A DNA stretch of 33,627 bases. Origin: Reclinomonas americana ATCC 50394. Taxonomy: Eukaryota. The notes beneath the pieces are model-generated. The model searched no databases. It had not been told where the DNA came from and was given only the letters and a program-made list of their open reading frames with translations. Of this stretch, positions 25,953 through 33,627 are shown one piece after another (the first letter of the stretch is position 1; every line of letters begins with the position of its first letter). The position numbers were made by a program, and so were the translations under genes. The stretch lies in contig PS015141.1 in the NCBI GenBank assembly GCA_048213135.1, positions 70,131-103,757 of the forward strand, written 5' to 3'.

Positions 25953-27384
25953 TTATGCATGCTTCTTGTCCTCTGCGCTGCTGCGCTCCTTTGCCGCCAT
26001 GCCCCCGAGAATCGAAATCGCCAGTCTCTCGCTCAGCCATCTACCGGGTCGTCGTGAGAGAGAGACGCGAGCGATTGCACGATTGCAGCAACAAAACACG
26101 CAACGTCGGCACCAGAGTCAAGGCCATCAATTGCACCTGGTGCGCCCAGTACGGCATGAAGCTGTTGGAGCCTCGGGCGACGCAAGCAATGGCCGAGCGC
26201 GCAAAGGTGCGGGCCGAGCACTCGAAGGTGGTCTCCTTGGTGACGTGCTTGCTACTGAGCGGCGTCACCACGGTCGCCGGCAACACCGAGGCCACTCGGA
26301 CCAGCGGACCGTACGGTCGGCATTCAAGCGACAGGGCACGAGAGAAGAAGTCCACAAACGCCTTGGTGCCGCAGTAGATCGAGAGGTAGGGGCTCGGCAT
26401 GAGACCGACCATCGACGACAGGTTGAGAATGAGCCCGAGCCGGCGTTCGCGCATGCGCGGCAGCACCACGTGCGTCATGCGCAGCAGTGACTGATTATTG
26501 AGGCGCAGCGTGCGGCACGAGGCCTCCACATCCGTATCGGCCACCTCTGTGCACCACCACCACGCACATCAGCACCTCAAGCGAACCAACCAGCCGCGAG
26601 TGCACCACACACCTCGCATGTCGGCCTCGTTGCCGCCGACATTGTTGACCAGCAGCGTCACATCCAACGGCGCCAGGAACTGCTCCACCGCAGCGTAGGT
26701 GCCGTCGAGGTCGGGCGAGCTAAAGTCGACCGACAGCACACGACTCTCCACGCCGTGATCTTGCAAGTGTGGAGGTGAGAAGCGCGCGACAACTCAACGA
26801 AAAAGGTTATACACTGTACTCACCACGTCGAATGTCGGCAGCAATGGCCTCCATCTTGGCGAGCGTGCGGCTGATGATGGCCACGTTGAAGCCGAGAGCG
26901 GCCAGCTCCAGCGCAAACGCCTTGCCCTGTGACAGAGAGAGAGAGAGAGAGACGGGTCATCGCCAACGACATATTCACACTCCACAGGATGCAAGAGTCG
27001 CAACAATGCCGTCGGAGCCACCAGTCACTGCGTGCAACATGAGACACACACACACACACGAGGCATACAGCACAGGAGAGGTGCAAGACTCACCGACCGC
27101 CCACACGCCCTGCAAGAGTGCACACAATGCAATCATCAGTCACACATTTCTCCGCATTCTCTCTCCCTCACACACACACACTCGCGCACTCTGTCTCCTC
27201 TCTCACGCCCACGTGTGTGCACCTTGCGAGGCATCCACGGAGCGAGCGCCTTGCGCAGATTCTCATCCTTCATCGGTCCGAGCACCGAGAAGCGCACCCA
27301 TTGCACAGTGACCCACACCCACTTGGCCACAATCAGCGCGCCCACCACGCCAAACACCCAACACAAGCCGCACGTGACTGACAT
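25953..27384 (-). CDS. SDR of the very-long-chain 3-ketoacyl-CoA reductase / 17beta-HSD12 type, ER membrane
   Basis: N-terminal TM segment; [42 protein letters not shown]; catalytic YCGTKAFVDFFSRAL; PYWAHQ. The spliced C-terminus ends KKHA*, a dilysine ER-retrieval signal. Confidence 0.9.
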
Positions 27385-27440
27385 TCGTGTTGTGATGACA
27401 ACAGAACAGAGAGAGGACTTTACGAGCGCGTAGGACGCAA

Positions 27441-28427
27441 TCACAAACGGTGAATGGTGTGGTGATCGGTGACGGCCGACAAGTCGTCGAGTGAGTCCCA
27501 GATGCGATACAAGAACTGCTCCTGGATCTTGAAGAACCAGGGTGAGAGCAGCACATCGTGGCGATCGGCGTCGCGAATGAAATGCTGCATCTCCTGCTTG
27601 GTAAAGTATCGCGTCTCCTTGATCTCGTTCGGGTTGGCCTCGTGCGACACGTTCTTGCGCACCACCAAGATGTGATCGACTGCATAAAGGAGGGGGGGAG
27701 TGTGTGACTACAAGAAAGGCAGTTGCTTGGTTGGTCGTTCACGCGCGCAACTCTCGTGCTCGCCCCACACGCCATCCGACGGCGCCATGTAATGCAACCG
27801 CGTAATGTACGTCATGTCGTCGGTGCTCACATCGGTGATGTTGAGCTCCTGCTCCAGCTTGCGCACTGCTGCTCTCTTCACGCCCATGTTCTGCGGCAGC
27901 TCGCTGTCCATCTCCTCCGGGTAGAACAGCGGGTGTGAGCAGCACGTGTTGGTCCAGTAGCCGGGGAAGGTGATCTTGGAGTCGGCGCGCTGGTGCATCA
28001 GCAGCCGGTTGTGCGAGTCGAAGATGAACACGGAGAAGGCGCGATGCAGCATGCCCTGGCTGATGTTGCTCATCAAGTGGCCTGCCCAGCATTCAGCACA
28101 TGGTGCATGCAACATGCAGAATGGAATCGATGCACGCACGCAACAGGTCTGCTTGGTCGCACTGCCAATGGGATTGTCGTCGATATCGACCAGAATGCAC
28201 TCCTCCTTCATCAGTGCCACCTGCACGGCATCAAAGCCCTCCAGCTCCGGGTCGACGGGCTCCAGCGGTCCTTCGGTCAGCGCGCTCATGCTCTTCCTGC
28301 GTGCTCCTAATGGCGATGCGACGCTTGTCAGAGTGCGTCTCCACAGGCCACCATTACTACTACTGATGGCGAGAGGAGAGCGAGTGCGAGCGAGGAGAGA
28401 GAGGAGGCTGCGCGACATGTGCGCCAT
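27441..28427 (-). CDS. IDI1: Isopentenyl-diphosphate delta-isomerase, type 1
   Basis: EECILVD..D..IG..TK..CHL; LHRAFSVFIF; QRADSKITFPGYWTNTCCSHPL; GVKRAAVRKLEQEL; WGEHEIDHIL; PWFFKI; ends IHRL*. Introns 28144-28082 and 27751-27680. Confidence 0.96.
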
Positions 28428-28632
28428 GAGAATGAGAAGTTTTTTTGCGAAAAAAATGAGAATTTTCGAAAAACGACGCGACCTTCTCCGCCTCTCCTCC
28501 TTTCCCCAGACAGGGACGACAGCGAAAGAAGAGGCGTGGAGGGATCACTGGATGCTCACTGAGTGTGTGCGAGCGCGCACCTTTTTTCGCACAAATCGAT
28601 TCGATTTCCACTGGATGGCCGACGGACAGATC

Positions 28633-28652
28633 NNNNNNNNNNNNNNNNNNNN
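28633..28652. other. Assembly gap (N run)
   Basis: 20 N in the IDI1/RPS27A divergent spacer. Confidence 0.99.
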
Positions 28653-28694
28653 TTCTTACTTCATCACAGCACCGATCGAGTGCAGACACCAAAC

Positions 28695-29758
28695 ATGCAA
28701 ATCTTCTTGAACACTCTCAAGGGTTCGTGAGTGCGCCGCATTGGCGAAGAGAGGGGACACGAGGGAGAGGATGAACAGAGCGCAGCGGGTCTCGTGTGTT
28801 TCTGTGTCCATGTGTGCCATGTGCATGTCACATGGACGCCGTGTGCCAGCCTCTCTCCTCCTCTCTTCCTCTCCTCTCGTGCTGTTTGGAGGGCGTCGTT
28901 GCTGACTGAGGGAATGCTATTGTTATTTGCTCACAGGGTCCACCATCACCCTCGATGTGGAGCTCACCACCACGGTGGCGGAGGTGAAGGCGATGGCCTT
29001 CGAGAAGGACGGTGAGCACACACACACACACTCTCTCTCACGCACACACGCACAGGAGCAGGAGTAGGGCGGTAGCAGAAGGATGTTGTGACGTGGTGGA
29101 AAGATGTTGACGAGAGTGAGAGTGATTGGTGGCAGTGGCGGTCGTGTTTGTGTTTNNNNNNNNNNNNNNNNNNNNNNNNNNNNNNNNNNNNNNNNNNNNN
29201 NNNNNNNGAGAGCGCGCTGTGTAACAAGTGTGCACGCTGTCATGCTTTTGTAGTAGTAGTGGCTAAGAGGAGGCAGTTGTGGTCAATGGTGGTGCGTGCG
29301 TGCGTGTGTGTGTGTCTTACGCGGCCATGCGCATCTTTGTTGTCACAGGCTGCCCCGCTCCTCGCCTGATCTTTGCCGGTCACTGCATGGACGACTGCGC
29401 ATCACTGGCGGCGTCGGGTGTGACCCGCGATGCCCTGCTGCACGCGACTGCCGACCTGCGCGGCGGTGCCAAGAAGCGCAAGAAGAAGGTGTACACCAAG
29501 CCCAAGAAGGTGCCGCACAAGCACAAGTCGGTGCGCCTGCAGGTGCTCAAGTACTACAACGTGAACCGCGATGGCGAGCTGCAGAAGATCCACAAGGAGT
29601 GCCCTCATGAGGAGTGCGGTGAGTCGACGACGACGACGAATGGTGATGGTGATTCGTTGATGCTGATTGTGTGTTTGGTAGGCCCGGGCATCTTCTTCGC
29701 GAAGCACGCCAACCGCCTCTACTGCGGCAAGTGCCACATGACTGCCGACAACGCGTAA
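28695..29758 (+). CDS. RPS27A: Ribosomal protein eS31 (S27a) fused to a divergent ubiquitin-like domain
   Basis: Exons 28695-28722, 28937-29011, 29349-29618 and 29682-29758 give [118 protein letters not shown]..*. Confidence 0.93.
29156..29207. other. Assembly gap (N run) inside RPS27A intron 2
   Basis: Run of N. Confidence 0.99.
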
Positions 29759-29972
29759 CCAGTTCGTGCCAGCGATCGAATTAGCGTGTTGTTTGAGTGC
29801 GTCGTTTGGTGTACTGCGTTTGGTCTCTTGGTCATGCATGGTGTGTCGGGTGGCGCTTGTCAAGTGAGTGGGTTGATACATTATGCGTTACACTTGTCCA
29901 CCCCCGTGCACTGCGTGTGAAGAGGCGGGAGGGGAAGGGGTAAAAGAATGCGATGGTTGGGTGACTGACGGA

Positions 29973-32900
29973 TCACGTGCGAAGTTGGGCACCCGGTGAC
30001 GCGGGCGTCACTACTTGTCGTGCCTTGCCCGCCGAACCGTACTTGAGTGCCGAAAACGCTCCCTGAGAGCGCTTCAAGCGTGCAAAGGGCGACCCTCCAT
30101 TGCTGGCGTCGCTCTCGGCCGCTGCCGCTCGCTCCCGGGCCTCCTGTTCTTGCAGTCGAGTGGCCTCGAGAGCCACGAGCATGGCCGCATGTCGCTGTTT
30201 TCACACACACACGCGCGTCGGCACAGCAGAGAAAGAGGTGGAGAAGATACAACAAGCACACTGAAGAAAAATCACCATTTCCTTGGTCTCCGGATCGGCG
30301 TCGGTGGGATCGGTCGAGTCGAGCGAATCCTCCGACACTGTCGAAGCTCGCGAGGGTGCAGTGGGAAGCGGCTGCGGCGTGCGGCCAAGAGAGCACTCCT
30401 TGGCACACGCCAGTTCATTGTACAGCGCCGCCACGGCGTGGTCCATGGTTTGCATCTGCCAAACACATGAGCCAGTTTCGCCCAAGAATGCTGATCAAAT
30501 AAACAAACAAACCTTGCAAGTGAGGAACTCGTGCAGGTGCACCATGTCGTTCAGTTCCTCCTCGCTGGCCTCGTCAGTCGGGATCTGCAACAGCTTCTGG
30601 AACGAGTGCAGTTCGCTCGTCGTGTCGTGCAGTGTTCTCGACAAGACGGCGCGGAAAATCTGTCACGACAGCGTCAGCCACTCGCCCGACCTGCGCAGCC
30701 GCTGCATTCGCCACACTGACTCACCTTGGCCTGCGTGAGATGCTTAAACGCCATGGCCACGTCAAACTCGGCATCAAACTGCTTCATCGACGCCGCGACT
30801 TGCAACGGTGCCGCGGCAGCCTCGGACGATACAATGCCAACCGCCGCTCGAATGGAGGCGCGCTGCAACTCCTTGCGCAACACCGTGTTCTCTGCTGACG
30901 CTTGTGCCAACTATAAAAAAACACACTGAGTCAGTCAATAATTGCATCACAAAGGGAAGTCGCTGCATCTCGTCACGCAACTTGGTGCTGCGTAAACTCG
31001 AGTTCCACATTGAGAATGTGCTTGTCGGCCTCCAGCATGTTCAGGCGCAACTTGAGCTCACGAGTGAGGTCGGCCAGTCGTCGTGAATCATCGTCATCCT
31101 CGTCGCCACTCTCTGCACTTTGGTTGCCAGCCGCCGCGGCAGGGCTGTCGCCACTGGCCGTCGTCGACTCCTCCGCAGCCAGGGCACTGGTGGCCTCGTT
31201 GCCGGGGGCCGGTGGGGGAGACGACTGCAATGCTCCAGCCGCAGCGGCAGCAGCAGCAGTGGCGATTCGAGTGCGTGGCGTCAGTAGTATGGGCGACCAC
31301 TTGTTCTCCATCTGTCTTCTGTACTCAAGCTCGATCAGATCGTCAGGACTCGGCTCCGTTTGCTCACCTGCGGGTGGCGTCAGTCAGCGCCGTCTTCACA
31401 CAACTCACAACCAACCACACGGCACTGTGCACGCACGTTTCAGTTGCTGCACGACATCAGTCATGTGTTTCAGCTCGTCGCGCAGCTCCGACTGTGCACG
31501 ATCGGTGCTCGCTCGGTGCTGCTCGAAAGCCGATCCCGCAGCACTCATGGCCTCGGATCTGCAAACAGTCCCACAGTCATCATGGCTGTCATTGGGTAGC
31601 AGATCCTCTCCCCTCCCTCACCTTGCCGGCGATCCACTGACTGTGGTGTGCATCAGCAACACGTCGGCACGCAAGCGCTTCGTCTCCTCCCGCAGTTGAT
31701 CGATTTCGCCGTTCTTCAGCTGCAGGATCTTGATCCACTCTGAACAACACACCTCACATAAGTGCACAGACCCTCACACAGTCGCGGCGGCGGCGAGGCA
31801 ATGCGCACAGACCAGCAGTGAACGGATCAGCGTGCATCGCGTCCGACACATCGGCATCACCTAATCTCTCAACCGCAGACGGAGCGACCTTGGGCGGCGC
31901 ACTGGTCAACGAGTGCATCTCCTTTAGCTGCATCTCCAGCGACATGACCTGCGGAGCGAGGTAACTCCTTTGAGCATCACCACGAAAAGAAGAATTGAGA
32001 CACTGCTGCAAACCTTGCGCTCCAGCGACATGGTCTTCGTGTCGTGCTCCAGCTTCATCTGATCGCGGGCAATTTCGGCGTCGGCCAATTGCTGTGCCAA
32101 GTGCCGCGACTCCTCGCGTGCGTACTCCAGCTGCGAGGATGCGTGCAGAGTCAGATAGTATGTCAATCAGCCTGGCACACAGGCGCATCGCACCTGCAAG
32201 TTTGCCTGCTCCAGCTTTCGGGTGACCTTCCACTTGGCCACCTCCAGCAAACTCGCCTCATCCCTCCACCTCTTCTCGTTCTCCTCGTGCTCCCGACGCA
32301 GCTGTTGGTGATCACTCACCCCGTGAGCAGAAAGATTGCCGACTTTATCACTCTGCCTCTATTGCCTCCCACTCTCTTTCCTTATCTCTCACCCTCCTGC
32401 TCTTGTCTCACACCTTCCCATGTTGCCTCTCACTCTCCTTCTCCTGTTTCTCATTCTCCCTCCCTTGCCTCTCACTCTCCTCCTCTTGTTTCTCACTGTC
32501 CTTCCTTATCTCTCACACCCGTTTTTGCTCACCTGCTGCTGCTTCAGAAACAGCTTGGCCACCTCGCCCTTCCATCGCAGCAAGTGACCCTCAGCTTCCG
32601 CGTACTTTTCCTGCAGCTCTGCGACCTCCTCGCGCAGCTGGATCACCCACCATCCGCACAATGTGAGACCACACAACCAGTTTCACCATCACAATACCAC
32701 GACGCACGTTCTCCGCATCCATTGCCGCCTCGGCCGACTGCAACACCGAGGCACGAATGCGCTCCGCCTCCGCCTGCTCCAGCTGCCGAACGCGAAACTC
32801 CTTGGCCTTGACCTGCATGCACCCCACATCGTCAGTGAGCCGAAACCACACACTCCCTCCCTCTCTCCACACACATGCCACTCACCTCCTGCTTCAGCTC

Positions 32901-33580
32901 CTCCACCTCCACGCGCAGCCTCTCATTCTGCACCTGCGCGTCGGCCGCCAGCTGATGATTGGACTGCTGCATCTCCAGCAGCCGCTCCCGCAACGTGACA
33001 ATCTCTCGCTCCTTCACCATCAGCACCTCCTCGTTCTCCAAGTTCTTGGCACGCGATCGCGCCGACGGCAAGTCACTGGCATTCGACCGTGGCGACACAC
33101 CCTGCTCTCCGCCCACCTCCAGCGCGCCTCCGCTGCTATCCTCGGGCGGACGCAACAGCTGTGCATCACTCTGCGGCAGTGCCAGTGTCGGTACTGTTAC
33201 CTCGGCTTCTGTCTCTGCCTCTGCGACTGCCGCTGCCACTGCTGCTGCGTGCTCCTCGCTCATCTGAGCCGCCGCAGACGGAGTCAGCGTGGACGTCGGC
33301 GAACGACCTCCCCGGCCTGTATTCTCACACACGCGCGCACATGAGAGAGAGAGAGAGAATGAGCATGCTGAGCGCGAGGACACCAACCTGCGCGAGAGGC
33401 CTTGGGGAGTCGCGACCCCACCGGGCCGCCTCCGAGTCCACCCGGCCCGCCTACTGCGCCGAGTGCAGCCGCGCTCACCAGAGAAGGAGACCGTTCGCGC
33501 CCTCCTCCTCCTCCTCCTGCACCACCACTGCGTCCTCCGCTGCCAGCCGCATGCGGCGAGTCACTGAGCTCCTCTTGCAT
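29973..33580 (-). CDS. Long multi-exon coiled-coil protein of unknown family
   Basis: MQEELSDSPH at 33580 (the true start could be upstream). Heptad-rich exons such as EREIVTLRERLLEMQQSNHQLAADAQVQNERLRVEVEELKQE, QLEYAREESRHLAQQLADAE and ASAENTVLRKELQR are separated by GT..AG introns. Stop at 29973. Confidence 0.72.
32343..32516 (-). repeat. Degenerate ~21-nt purine-rich minisatellite (about 8 units) inside an intron
   Basis: Minus-strand units: GTGAGAGATAAGGAAGGACA / GTGAGAAACAAGAGGAGGAGA / GTGAGAGGCAAGGGAGGGAGA / ATGAGAAACAGGAGAAGGAGA / GTGAGAGGCAACATGGGAAGGT / GTGAGACAAGAGCAGGAGG / GTGAGAGATAAGGAAAGAGA / GTGGGAGGCAATAGAGGCAGA. Confidence 0.8.
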
Positions 33581-33627
33581 GCCTGCTTGTTGATGATGGA
33601 ATACAAGGGGTGTATGAGAGTCGCTCG

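Overview
Compact, intron-dense genomic DNA from a eukaryote, probably a GC-rich aerobic protist; the species cannot be determined from the sequence. Most introns are about 55-100 nt, so the ORF track is misleading and gene models were rebuilt by hand from GT..AG boundaries and protein motifs. Thirteen protein genes were found: the 3' part of a small membrane protein; a 12.4-kb Pmp-repeat/Cys-rich/multi-TM surface protein; a D-box coiled-coil protein; a putative myristoylated WWE-CBM48-Deltex-C-like protein; RPS21; RPL11; COQ6; a zf-UBP-sirtuin fusion; selenoprotein H (in-frame UGA plus a candidate SECIS); a 3-ketoacyl-CoA reductase-like SDR; IDI1; an eS31 fused to a strongly diverged ubiquitin-like domain; and a long coiled-coil protein. 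The main observations are: (1) at least 24 introns start with GTTGCG/GTTACG, which is the ordinary GTGCG/GTACG donor with one extra T, lacks +5 G and mostly lacks -1 G; (2) a Deltex-like architecture with a glycogen-binding CBM48 where the RING would be; (3) a likely non-conjugatable ubiquitin paralogue on eS31; (4) a SECIS with an enlarged apical domain; (5) microexons as short as 5-8 nt. All exon structures are manual inferences without transcript data.
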